Shown in pieces: positions 48,461 to 61,480 of a stretch of DNA of 64,000 nucleotides. This stretch comes from Octopus sinensis. Lineage: Eukaryota. The stretch is taken from positions 75,020,001 through 75,084,000 of the forward strand of contig NC_043002.1 of NCBI RefSeq assembly GCF_006345805.1, read 5' to 3'. A program made the position numbers and the translations under genes. Numbering within the stretch: position 1 is the first letter of the stretch; every line of letters starts with the position of its first letter. The notes under the pieces are model-generated. The model saw only the letters and a list, made by a program, of their open reading frames with translations, was not told the DNA's origin and searched no databases.

Positions 48461-51400
48461 AATACATAAATATATTTATTTATATATTTATATATATATA
48501 TGTTTATGTATATGATGATGATGATGATTTTTTATATATTTAAATTAACTTTCTTCTTACTTTAACTTGATAAGTAGCTAACTTGATATGTAGCTAAATA
48601 AATTTTCAAAAGTCTAATGAATCTTTTCTATTGAATATGCATTATGAAACATTATTATATCCCTTTTCCTTATTAACTAGACATAACATTAAATTGGTTA
48701 ACAGAGTTTCAGTTGTTTGCGCAACAAGAAGCTGTACCCTTATCACTCTGTTCTTTACTACTCTCTCACTCCCTCCCTCCCCCTCTCTCTTTCTCTCTCT
48801 CACACACACACTTACTTATATGCCTGTATGTGTTACTGTATGACACCAGAAGACCACTTGAGTATATTCCATTCAGGATGTCATAATTCCTGCACAAAAA
48901 GATGTGAATAATAGTTTATCAAATGTTCACTGTTGTCGTAATCCCTCACCTTAGAAATACAGAAATGTAGTCATTCAATAAAAGTAATAATCTATAACTA
49001 GAAACAGCATTGATACTGACATTGTAGCTGGGAACTTGATCATTTGTTTATGCGTGTTGGCTTGTATAAATATTCATATTGATAATCTGAATTGTGCCAT
49101 AGAAACAGTTTCACAAAAGGTGGGGATTGTCAGTGGTGTATGTGTGTTCGTGTTTGTGTTTGGTGTACAGATTAGTTTATCTATCAAAGTTCACATTGAC
49201 TAGCTCTGCTAATCTTTCAGAGTTCTTATTTTCTATTTATTCATTGTGTGTGTGTCTGTGTGTGTTTGTATAATATGTGTAAGTCAATAAGGTTTATCAA
49301 GTGTATGTAAAGTAGAGAATGAGGCAGAGGTGGATGGCAATAAATCAATCACACAGCTGTTCTAGTTTATCGGCAGTGGAGGCTTGATAGCTTGTAACTT
49401 CCCAGATATGAAGATTTAGTTAATAATCAACTTTGCTTATAAAGGTGCAGTTTACTCATCCGATATGATATTATATCGCAACTATATATATATATATATA
49501 TGTATTCAATTTTGATATCATGTTTATATATATTATATTACGTATGTATGGCTCCTTGACATTTTAGTAGCATTTCAGTTGATGAAATGCAAAGTCTCTG
49601 ACACCCCATTCCTTTGTTTATGATAAGTGAACTGATTACGTGGCATTTTATGGTTTGTTTATTTTAAGGTGGAGGCAGTTTTGTATCAGGAAGCTTTTGT
49701 TATGAAGCTTGTTCCATTGATTGCCATTGACACTTATTATCACTTGAAATTTACCACTCAAATTAACTTGTGATCTCTTCTAGTTTGAAAACATATTTAA
49801 AGGAAAAACAGACATTGGCTAGGACTGAGGATAGTGCTGTACTATTTGATGTACTAATTGCAGTTCAAGATGTTTTAAGATCTAAACCTACCTCAGTGTT
49901 GTGTGTAGGGAGAATGTATTATCTAAGTAAACACACGTATACCACCACTCCATTGCTTATAGGTGCCTTTAATAGTTTCTAATTTAGGCACAAGGCCAGC
50001 AGTTTTGAGGGGAAGGGCTAAGTCAGTGTCATCGGGTCCCAGTACTTGACAGGTGCTTTATTTTATTGGCCCCGAAAGGATGAAAGGCAAAAACTGACCT
50101 TGACTAGATTTGGATGCCTTTAATAAAGTGTACTCTACTGCAAGTATTTTGGGCATGCTTCTGGTTTGAGGATAGCAACTAACTACCCAGTAGTTTGTGT
50201 GGCTCTGATAGCTTGTCCTTTTGCCTCTGATCCAGCTACAAAATAATGACAAAAATAAAATGTGTGTATGTGTTCCTGAGGGCATGGAAACCTCTCTTTT
50301 GGCAGTACCATGATAAAATGCATCTAGTACATTTTATATAGGGGTTGGTGATAGGAAGGACATCCAGCCCTAGAAATGAAACCAAAAATAAAATGTTCAA
50401 ACAAGACATGGTCCTCTGACCTGTGTATGAAGACAGTGATACCTACTATGAATTAACTTTACACTGTGATGATCCAACTAAATCATTTCAGCATTGAAAA
50501 TAAACTTATGATGATGAGGAGGAGGAGGAGGGAGAGGAAACTTATGATGATATTCTGTTTGGAGTTCATATGATGAGAAACGGTTCAATGATACAATATT
50601 ACTTTGACAGTGTTATGCACACTTATACACATCCAAATACATATTGCACATTTGCATGCATGGTGCACACATACACATATTACACAGTGATAAACATCAC
50701 ATAATCTTAGACATCACATGTTCAAGCGTACAACCTTGAGATAACTTCAAGAATGCAATGGTTTAAAGGAAGGTATTTGTAGATCTCAGTGCCAGAAATA
50801 GTTTCAAATTAGTTTATGGAACTCATTTTGGTTGTAAATATTTTTGATGCGTTGCTGATGGTGGTAGGGAGGTGGTATATGGGTTCAAATGGATTTAATG
50901 TTTTCCTAAGTTAACCAGTTTAGTTCACGTCAAACAAATAAGAATTAAAAAGAAGAAATTTTTCTGAGAAAATCTGAATATTCCATTTTGAGATTGAATG
51001 TCTTTGATCTATTCATACTCTTTTAAAACGAAAGAAAGAAAGAAAAAATATTTCGTGTCCTATAGAAAATAATTGTGTGCGAAGTGTTCATGTTAAAATG
51101 TTGTTTTCTATAATCTTTTGTGAACATAGGTAGTTTGCATGTGATAAGTTATTGTACACTATTGCATTATTTTGTCACATTCAAGTGGATGCCAGTTGAG
51201 TTTGTAAATTATGGAATGCAGTGGGGAGGGGAGAGAAAAGTCTTGGTGCAGGTGGGAGTGAAGGAAGAATTTGAATTAAGATGAGAAAGAAAATAAACTG
51301 CATCCATAGTTTGCTTTTTATATAAATGATCATGACTTCACCTTAAATAGTAAACTATTTCATGGTTGAGTGCATGTGTTTTGTCATGTAGGGTTTTACT

Positions 51401-51909
51401 ACTTTTAGCAGCAATGTAATAAATATGCAGTAAATTTATGAAGAGCTGATAGTGGTGGCAGCAGTGATAGGATATCAGTATCTAAGGTGTTTTCCTGAAT
51501 GACCAAACCTTAAATTATTTTAGGTCTTTGTAAGGTTAGGGTTAAAAAGGGTCATCTGTATTGAGAAAGGCCATAGCTTGCCACATGTCACCAGAAGCTT
51601 TGCAATTAGGTTTTTTTTTTTTAACTCTCATGTCAGTATTAATTTAGTTCAATAGCCATCATTAAACATTTCTAATTAATGAATTACTTATTTTTCAATT
51701 AGGGAAAATTGCTTTCTTGAGACAATTGCGAGGTACTTCTCTTTATTACTGGAATGATAATCTTTGTGTAGTTTATGACTGTATGATGGCTTGGTGTTAT
51801 AAGTATTCCTCCTTGTTGTATCAATCATTTTATCACATCACCTGGTCTATTGCCCTTCTGATGTTCATCTCAGTCCAGTTTTGTAAACCTAAATAGATGT
51901 AAATTCAAG

Positions 51910-52783
51910 CCTGTAGCTTTCAGATACCTCTGTCAACTGTAATATTTATTTATTTACATTGTTTTGAATTAATCATGTATTATCTCATAGCCTAAACATT
52001 TCAATGATGTAATTGTTTATTTTTAGACCGACATTGTAGGGCAGAGATGCCCAATATGTTGATCACAAGGGCAGTGTGGGTAGATTGCATGGCATTAAAA
52101 AAACATAGACACCAGTCTATCATCCATCACTATAAAATTTGTCACTTGATTGACATACAGGGCAGCCAGCCTGATATCTGACCTTTTCTGACTCATGCAT
52201 CATCACGCATGTGCATACAATGGTGTTAGGTGCCGTAAAGCTCTCGCAAGCTACCGAGTCACCTAGTTAGCTGCCAATTTATTTCTTCTAAGCCTAAGAA
52301 AGGGTTTAAAAATGAGTGGGGGAGCTGGACCAAGTAAGAAACCAAAAATCTACCACTTCCTTGCAGAATGGGACGAAGACTTTTTTTTCACAATGTCATA
52401 TTCAAAGTGTGTTTGCCTCACCTGCCTGTCTACTATTACTGTTCCGAAAAAGGGAAATGCGGAGCAGCATTTTCGGACTGTTCATAAAAACTATGACACT
52501 GACTCCGCTCTGAAAAGCGAGCTGAGAAAGAGATAGGTGACAGAACTAAAATCTCAGTTATCCGAACAGCAGTCATTTTTCACACAGCTAACTTCAAAAG
52601 CAAAGGTAACCCCAGAAACATTGTTCCAGGTGAGTCACTTCATCGTTAAGAACAAGAAATCCTTCCAAGATGGAGAGTTTCTAAAAGAGGCATTCTTTGA
52701 AGCAAATTTGGTCAGTTTGAACAAAAAAAAAAACAGGTAGATTATTTGGGCTTGATATGGTCAGTTTAAATATTAAAAGGTAA
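51910..52783. mobile_element. Inverted copy of the piggyBac-like MITE, split by a hAT fragment
   Basis: 51915-52040 and 52705-52783 match the two halves of 4860-5057 in reverse orientation. Confidence 0.75.
52041..52703 (+). pseudogene. 5' part of a hAT (Charlie/Buster, EPM2AIP1/GTF2IRD2-like) transposon with N-terminal zinc-finger region
   Basis: Starts CAGAGATGCCCAA. ORFs 52312-52536 and 52537-52740 are one frame separated by a single TAG: EWDEDFFF...CVCLTC...KKGNAEQHFRTVH...KNKKSFQDGEFLKEAF. Confidence 0.88.
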
Positions 52784-55700
52784 AAATCATCTGAGTTTAA
52801 ATTTGGATCTTAGGATCAAATGTTGTGGACTTGCTGCCTTCTACTATCAGTTTTGGTGCTGCTATCTCAGTAGTCAGAAGTCAAATGAGGATTTCATGAC
52901 ATGCATGAACTAACAATATTAAAGAAACATTAAAACATTTTTCTTCATTTTCATCTCAGTGCAAAAACAATATAGAAAGAAAAGATTCTTTTTTCTTTTT
53001 ACAATACTAAAACTTGAGTAAAACAATCTAGAATCTTAACATCTTAACATTTCCTGTTTGAAGAGCAGATAGTCTGCAGACACAAACTCAAAATCCAACA
53101 GAAAATCCATTCCCTTTCCCCATATATTCTCTTAACTTTTGTAAACCTTCTGCACATTGCATGCCATAGTTACGGCTTTCAACAATATTTTTTGATTGAT
53201 GCATTGTTGCATTCCTTAATCCTCTATGACTAGATGTAGTTATGGAGCCATACGTTTTTCTGTTTAATAGTCGGCTATGATGTATTGCTGAATTTCAGTA
53301 TTAGGTGTAGATCAGTTCTGTTCAGGTACTTCTTTCACAAACTCTAACATGCAACCAGACCCCATCCTGTTTTGCTTGTCAGCTATACTTACTCAGAATA
53401 TTCTTTCCAATAGCACTTTCCAAATGATTTATGTACTTAACTTCATAGATTTTAGCATGCCTGGGTCTTCAAGCTCATCCAGGAGGAAATGTTCTTTTTC
53501 TTCTAACAGCACTTTCTTAAAAAAAGAAAGAAAAAAAAAATGCAATTTTTCTGGTATGACATGAGACCTTTCTTTTTCAATAAATGAGTGTTTGACTGAT
53601 TGCAGTTAAGTCTAAAAATAATAAAACAAATTGAGACGTTTTAAAACATTACAAAATCACATACATATATTTACACACACATTCATTCATTCATTCACTC
53701 ACTCACTTACAAAGATTATATATTTGAGGTATGAGAAAATTAATAAAAACACTGTGCAAAAAAATATACTTCTACAAAATTTTGAAGTAAGCCAAATATA
53801 CTAGATCCTAGACATTGTTAAAATGCTTCTGCATTTTATGTTTTCTTGTATTTTCTCATTGTAAGGAAACATGCACACATGTAAGAAGCATACTAATTTT
53901 TATTCAAATATTTCCTTTTTGTTCCATTTGTTGTGAGGTATATGAGTTGATGGCTAGGTAACAGTTACCTATATCATACATAGTGAGCTTTAAATGTTAT
54001 ATGGTGTTCTGATATAGCATGTCACACTACTCATATAAGTTTATACCTAATTGACAGCCTTTTTATGGAAAAACTTTTCTGTTCTTTGCTTGACACTGAT
54101 GATAAAGGTGTTAGTGAATCTGCTCTATGGTTGACGCAGTTAGGGTATTTTGATGAATTCATTTGACAGTATTTTCATCACTGTTTGAGCAGAGAAGAAT
54201 GAAAAGAAGCTATGATTGTTTAATTTTCCCCAAGGTCTTTAAATCTTTGAAACCATAAGCTATTAATCTATTTAATGTAGGTACTATCAACCTCAAAACT
54301 AACTGTTATTTTCTTTTTTACCAAAATTATCAGTCTCCTCTTGTTTCAAATATGGCTTACTGTCTAACTATTAAGGCACCTCCTAAAGCGAACTGGTATC
54401 AAGAGAAATTTTGATCATTTGGCTAGAAAATTCCTCTTTACATTTACAGCACCACTCCATATTAATATGCTAACATATTTGTCATACAAGATATTGATGT
54501 GGGTTTCGGTATTGTAATTAATATTTATCGGTATATTGTACAAATATTCGACTGGTAATAGTTACTCAGCATAACTATTATGGGTAAATAAACTCGTTCC
54601 TTTGATTTTGGGATATTACACAAACCATGTCTGAATGTTTGCAAATAACTGGAATTATTTAATAAGTATAAGCTGAACAAATATCATAATGCTATAAAAT
54701 GAGAGAAAGAAAGGAAGAAAGAGATTTGTACCATGTTGCCTTGTTTTAAATTGCTAAATCTCTCTCTTGAAGTGTATGTGTGCTAGGCTAGTTAAACAAA
54801 AGGAAGAAATTTGCATTGTGCTTTTTCTAAACATTGTTCATTGGAGAAACATGGCCTGTGTCCAGCAAGTTCCTTTCTGATTTATTTTAAAATATCATTT
54901 GTCACATATGTAAATAAAATATATTGTATTAGTTGTGTATTGTGCATTGATTAGAACATTAGGTGGTTGGGTAGGCTAGCTATGACTGTTTAGCTTAGCT
55001 TTGAAAAAGAAATGATAAAGAAAAGAAATAGGGACCTCTGAAATAAAACCTTAGATTCGATTCTTGCAAAAGACCCATAAGTAAAGTAATCCCTGTTGAT
55101 ATTGTTTTTTCTCTTTTTTTTGTTTTAAAAAAATTATGATCAAGATTGATATTGCCTTGTGTAATCGTTCAAGTGCACTGTTTGTTGTTCTGAGCAATCA
55201 TCATCATCATCATTTGAAATCCAGGTTTTGTCCCCATTAATGGGGGTGGCTGGATCTACCTCAATGCCATAGCAACCACCCTCACACCATCTCTTCACTT
55301 TTGTAATTCTTATGCTGTTTTTAGCCTGCCTCCAACCCAAACTCTTATACTTCTCTTATTGGTGCTGCCTTCATTTCTCTTTTTTGTTTTTAACCAAGTT
55401 CTTACAATAAAATAATTTTGGGTTAGAGGCAAGCTATTTATTCTATTAAAGAATTGTTGTTAATTTTCACATCAATTGATATTTTGTGATTTAGTAAAAT
55501 GGGGGATATCAGTGTTAACATGAGTCCCTTTGGTCAGAGAACACAGCTAGAGAAGGCACATGTGTTTGGTAGTAAGCGTGGTCTTTGGGATTTATTGAAT
55601 GGTATTGGCTGATAGTTTTCCTATCTGAGAAGTCTACCTGTCCATTTGTATACTATTTTATACTGCTTTATCTTATAATTTTTTATTTCCTTCATTTAAT

Positions 55701-55817
55701 TACTGTGTCAACCTCCATGCTTTTGGTAACTTGTCTCTGTAGTACCCAATTAAGCCCTCACACTTGTGGCAAATAAAATAATTATCATTAATATTATTAT
55801 TATTGTTGTTGTTGTTG

Positions 55818-55864
<47 letters not shown>

Positions 55865-56414
55865 GATTTGATTATGTTATTACTACATTCTTTTACTGCA
55901 TTTTGTTATGGCTGCATAATCAAATGCAGCTATATGCACCTTGGATATATGCAATATTTTTCTTCTTCGTTGCATCAACAGTATTTTACTTATTATCTGT
56001 GCAGTGTCTAGCAGTTAGTTGCTGGATCTTGTTTTGAGATCTTGCTGATACATATTTGTCTGTCTTTTATTATTTGCAGCAGTCCGATTATTATGGAAAT
56101 TATTTGTATTTTCAGAACTCATGTCCTAGGGTTTTTATTTTATATTCTTTTCTTTTTCCTTTATATGTTTGGATATTTTGGACTAGTTTTTAAAAATTTG
56201 TCTACTGGAATAATTGTATCTGCCAGGAAACATTTTTTTTTTCTCCGATTCTCTTTGAAAACAATATTTGGGCAATTTTCCTTTATCTGTATGAAATTGC
56301 ATGATCTTTTTTTATGGTGAGATTCTGCAATGCTAGTGAACTCCCCCCCTCTCTCCCTATCTCGCACTGTTTCTCAGTTAACAGTAGGCAGAAATAACTT
56401 CTGTGTATTCTGTT

Positions 56415-56780
56415 TCATGGTTGTAAAGTTGGCTCCTCAGTTACATTGTTTCAGGTTCAGTTCCATTGCATGGTACTTTTGGAAAATGTTTTGCTTATCA
56501 AAATAGTCCTGGGCTGACCAAAATCTTGTGAGTAGATGTGGTATCTAGAAATTGAAAGACCCCCCCCCCCCCCGCGTGTGTGTGTGTTGACACTCTGTGG
56601 CAGTTTTAACTGTCATACACACAGTATCATTTCCAATCCTCCTTGAAAATATATCTAAGAAATATTCCCTTACTTGGAAACAAGTGAGAGTTGGTTGCTG
56701 GAAGGGTAAGCCTCTCTGCTATAACAAATTCCATCTGACCCATGCAAGCATGAAAAAGTGGATGGTAAAACAACAATGAT
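56415..56780 (+). mobile_element. SINE family B head with RTE-like alternative tail
   Basis: Family B head (CAGGTTCAGTTCCATTGCATGG...GGGCTGACCAAAATCTTGTGAG), then (TG)n, then ...CTGACCCATGCAAGCATGAAAAAGTGGATGGTAAAACAACAATGAT. Confidence 0.75.
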
Positions 56781-56899
56781 TTGAGTGGTAGGATTGCTTG
56801 CTTCAAGATGTTAGGGAGCCATGTGCCAAATTTTAACAGTTCAAATCTTGTGAAATTCATTAACTTAGGTATCAGTAACATACTAAGTCAGCAAAATGT

Positions 56900-57440
56900 A
56901 GCAATGGCTAGAATGCTTTGTGGTATTTATTCCAGTACATAACACTCTCAGATCAAATCCCAATAAAGCTGGCTTTACCTTTGTAACCTATCTCTGTCTC
57001 ATCCCTCTTTGTCTGTCAACTTTGTTGCTATTATTATTGTTGCTGAATAATACCTTGTGGTATTTGCTTTGGTTCTTTATGTTCTGAGTTTGAATCCCAC
57101 TATGGTTAACTTAATTTTTTTTTATCTTTTCCAAGAACTAGGGAGTCAATAGCATTGAGTGATCTCCTCCTTTCTCCCCACAACTTCATATCTTATGCCT
57201 ATACTGCAAGCATTATTTATATTGGGAATGCCAGTGGGTTGGCAGAACCCTTACAATGTATGGCAAAATGCTTTGTAGTATTTAAGGCTACTTAAGTTCT
57301 GCATTCAAATCTTGCTACGGTCAACTCATTCTTTCATTCCTCTGGGGTTGACAAAATAAAATGCCAGTTAAGTACCAGTATTGATGTTTCTGGCTAACAT
57401 CCTTTCTACAAATTCCAAGCCTTGTGCACATATTAGAACC

Positions 57441-57445
<5 letters not shown>
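56900..57445 (+). mobile_element. Cluster of degraded SINE family A copies
   Basis: Three partial matches (~56900-56985, 57045-57215, 57228-57445), the last ending GCCTTGTGCACATATTAGAACC plus (ATT)n. Confidence 0.6.
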
Positions 57446-57482
<37 letters not shown>

Positions 57483-60257
57483 CATTAGGGATGTGGATTG
57501 GTGTGAATGTGTGATGGGACACAGTCATAGAAAGTGTTGAAAAATGGAATCCTGGACAGTGACAGTAAATGAAACACAGTATGTTCACTTTCAGTAACAA
57601 ACCAAGAATAGTCTATATGAACCAAACAGCTTTCTTGTATTTAGATAACATTAGTTCGTTCTAGAAAGTGCAAGTTCAGCACTGCTTAGAAAGCACAGGA
57701 TTGGTACTTCAAAAGATCGATACTCTTTGGCAGTAATGCTTGTTCATTATATGTTAAATAGTTATTATTGGTTTCAAGGCAGCAAAAAGATAAATAGAGA
57801 AAAGTGTGAGGAGAGAAATTAGTTGCAAAACTGCACTTGTCACAGCAGATATGAATCACTTGTCTTGAGACAGATTGATTACTTCTGGAACAACTAGCCA
57901 AAATTAAACCTAGAAATCAGGAATTTGCTTTCACAGAGTTCAGAGCTTGATATATTTAGAGCTAACTAAGCTTAGAACTAAAATCTTTTCTCTTCATGTC
58001 AGAGGATCAGACTTACATGTTAACACAGATGTGGGATTCAGCTACTTTTCTGAATTAAGCAGAACTAACCAAGAAACCACTTTTCTATTTTACAGTGTAG
58101 CTGTTGATTGTAATTACAGCCTTCCAACTCATATTCTGCTACAGCAGAAACTCAACATCCAATACAAGAAAGTGATAGGATAAAAACTGCCAGCTCTTCA
58201 CCCTCGTGATTAAATGCTGCTGACTCAATCATCAGTAACACTACAAACCCTATGTTTGATCAGGTCTGTAGTGTCACTGGGAAAAAAATAAAATCATATG
58301 GGTGAGGTGTGAGGTGGGGAGTTAAAATGGACAGCCATGAAGCTAGGGATCGGTCTTACGGTATAGTTGTTGAAGTTCAGTAAACTATACTGCATATAGA
58401 ATTTTTAATTAAAATAGTGAATTAAAGAGATAGGAGAAGGGATTTATAGTTTACTTGGTTATGATTTTAAAATGGTTCTTTGAGTGAAAACTAACTTATT
58501 TGGAATTAATTGAATTTGTTTTTGAAATAAATTCTGTATGTTTGATCATGAAATTTCATTCTCTCACTGCATCTCATGATTCAAAATTATATTCACCTAT
58601 GTCTGGGTAGAAAATTGGGAACTGGTTGTATAACAACATTATTTTTCAGCTGGGGACATTATATATTGTGACAAGTTGCTTAAGTGGTATATATGCTCCA
58701 TTTTAAATCAGAGGCAAAACAAATCACTACTACCATTGGATGGATGAATGGAGGGTTGAGTGGGTGTTGGTTGGTTGGATGAATGGATGCTGGGTGACTT
58801 AAAGAGGTACTTTCATGTTGGAAACGATGCCATAAAATAATGGATTCAATCTGTGAAGTATGAATTCAGAATGTAGCTTTGAAGATGTAATAGATCTATT
58901 AAGGGGAGGAAAAAAAAATTGAATTAACATTTTTATTTTTTTGGTCATGATGCATGAGAAAGTAGTGAAAGTGCTGACAATTTCTGAATGATGTGTAAGT
59001 AAAGATATTACAGTCGTCTATTTAAAAAAGAAAAAGCAGGCAGGTTTTTTTTTCCCAATGTATCATAGGAGTTCTTCAGATTTTTTTCATCATCATAATC
59101 ACTGCCACCAGTATCACCATCATTTTAAATCTTGTTTTCTGTGCTTGGATGGGTTGTTATAGTCTAAGCCAGTTCTTTTTGGAATTATTGCTCTTGTAAA
59201 TGGGTTAGAGAAGATAATGTATCAGTTGTATATGAGAGAGAGAGAAGAGAGAGAGTTGTTAAACATGAATATTTCCCTTTTGGGTAACGTTGTGTTTGCC
59301 TTATATGGACACAGGTAAACCTACCCACAAAATCTTGTTTTGTTTATAAGGTTGGCTTCAATAAATAATTAGAGAGCAATGCTGACTGAGGAGGGGTGAG
59401 GCAGGACACTAGTTTTCCACACACCTGATCATGAACTGAATTTGTTTTCTATAGGCATTGTGTTTATTCTTAAAGCTTATTACAGTGTACTAATCTGGAA
59501 AATAATCATTGACTTCTCTTCACAGGGGGAGGAGCATCTAATTCTAAGAACAGTTTCTCAATTTCTCTAACCAAACAGTACACAAATAATTGTACAAGTT
59601 TGCATCTCCTGTCCTGTTGTAAATGGAGATAATGTTGTAAAACTGTGAGATTTAATGTTTTAATTACATTTTGTGACATACACCAGAGATACTCTTCATT
59701 TCGGAATGACTCTTGACTTTATTTTTATATAGTTATCTGTTATTGCATTGTTGTCATTTCTAATTGCAGATTAACTTAACACCTTATTGCAGATTAAAAT
59801 AATGACTTTAATCTGTCATGTGGCAGCAATTAAAGCTGCAGCTTGGATTTTACTTTTAAGGATTCTATTCTGATTTATTTTCCAACTATCCTTGTACAAA
59901 CACCAAGCACTCTGCCTGGCAGTTGATTAGTTTCTTTGAATATCATTGTGATAATGTGATTGTTGTGATGGTTGCTGGCAGTGATTAGCTAGACTTGAAT
60001 ATAAAAAACGGTAAAAATGTGTCTGTCTGTTTGTTTGTTTGTTATCTGTACATCCATTTCTTGTGAGACAAGAAAGATGTAAGTTCAGTGCTTCTTGAGG
60101 CACTTCAGCAATTATTTAGTTATCTCAGTTTAATTTAGTTGATATTGAATAACCAAGAAACTGTTGGAAATATGTAAGTCAGAAAAACAGGGTGGATAGA
60201 GTGCATGACATTGTGTTTCTTTACAGAACTGAATATACAGTATGACACAATAATAAT

Positions 60258-61272
60258 AACAATAAGAGCACTCAGAGAATGCAAACCCCCACTAAGGCAA
60301 CACCAGCGTCCTCTCAACGATTAGCTGGAGATGATTTTTAAAATGAGAATATCTGAAATAAACCTGACTGCTCTCACAAACGAGAATGCTAAAAATGAAC
60401 CCAACCACTCTCAAAAATTAAGTAAGAAAACTGGAAAATTAATCCAGAATCCTTGTCTGGTACCTGATCGATCCCAATGGTATTTATGGAATGTGAAGGT
60501 AGGTGTGTGGGCTGTGTTTGTAATGCTGTGTGTATGTCATCTGCAGTGGGAACGGGCAGTTTTCTCTATGAAGGCCTTTTTTAGTCTATCCACTGATATA
60601 GTGTCTTTATGACCATTAAGGTCTATAGTGAAAAATTTATTTGTGCATGAAAGAAAATGAAAAGGACCTGCGTATAGTGCTGTTAATGGAGGTTTAACAA
60701 CACTGTTGCGCACAAAAACATGAAGTAAAGCTTCCTTCTAGGCAGAGCTAGAAATGCGATTGTCAAGTTGGTGAAAGGTTTAAAACAGGAGCGATATATT
60801 CAAAATTTGTAAAAGTTGTCAAGGATAAATTAAATTTATTATTGTTACTGAATATGTTAGTGTTATTTTATTTCTGAACTGTTTTGCTGCCATTTGTTTA
60901 TGTAGTTTGATTTCTTTAGCCATCAGTTTCTACTAAGATAGAGACGCGAGTAAAATTAATAATAGAGAAACAAAAATAAAACTTTGGAAACTGCAATGCC
61001 ATCATAACTTGCTTTCAAGGGAGATAATCAGAGGAAGACTTGAAAGTGAATGTAAGAGTAATATTTCATGTGAAGTAAATATAACAAATAATCCAGAATC
61101 CTTGTCCAGTACTGGATCGACCCCAAAATCTAATCAGTTTGTGCCAGTCATGAGGCCAAACATCCCTGAAAGTTTCATCCAAATCCATCCTGTGGTTCTT
61201 GAGATATCTTGTCCACGGACAAATAAACACGACTGAAAACAATACTTCTGCCTTCGCTAAGGCGGAGGTAAT
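60258..61272 (+). mobile_element. Helentron/Helitron-type non-autonomous element (HINE-like)
   Basis: Starts AACAATAAGAGCACTCAGAG..AACCCCCACTAAGG and ends in hairpin TACTTCTGCCTT-CGCT-AAGGCGGAGGTA (61243-61270), which is also partly complementary to the 5' subterminal motif. Internal direct repeat AATCCAGAATCCTTGTC at ~60441 and ~61090. Confidence 0.65.
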
Positions 61273-61274
61273 AA

Positions 61275-61480
61275 CTGTTTCCAATTTTTCTACAAGGGCA
61301 GCAATTTGGGAGTAGGAGAGGAGTTGATCTCATCGACCCAGAGAACGTCTGTTATTTTATTGACCCTGAAAGGATGAAAGGCAAAGTCGACCTTGGTCGA
61401 ATTTGAATTCAGAACATAGTATGGGTGAAATTCTGCTAAGCATTTCATCTAGTGTGCTAACGATTCTGCCAGCTTGCCTC
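61275..61480 (-). mobile_element. SINE family A
   Basis: TTGACCCTGAAAGGATGAAAGGCAAAGTCGACCT...AATTTGAATTCAGAAC...GCTAACGATTCTGCCAGCTTGCC. Confidence 0.85.

Noticed and set aside
55766-56011. Poly-Ile/Val hydrophobic ORF resembling a membrane peptide
   Set aside because: (ATT)n/(GTT)n microsatellite.
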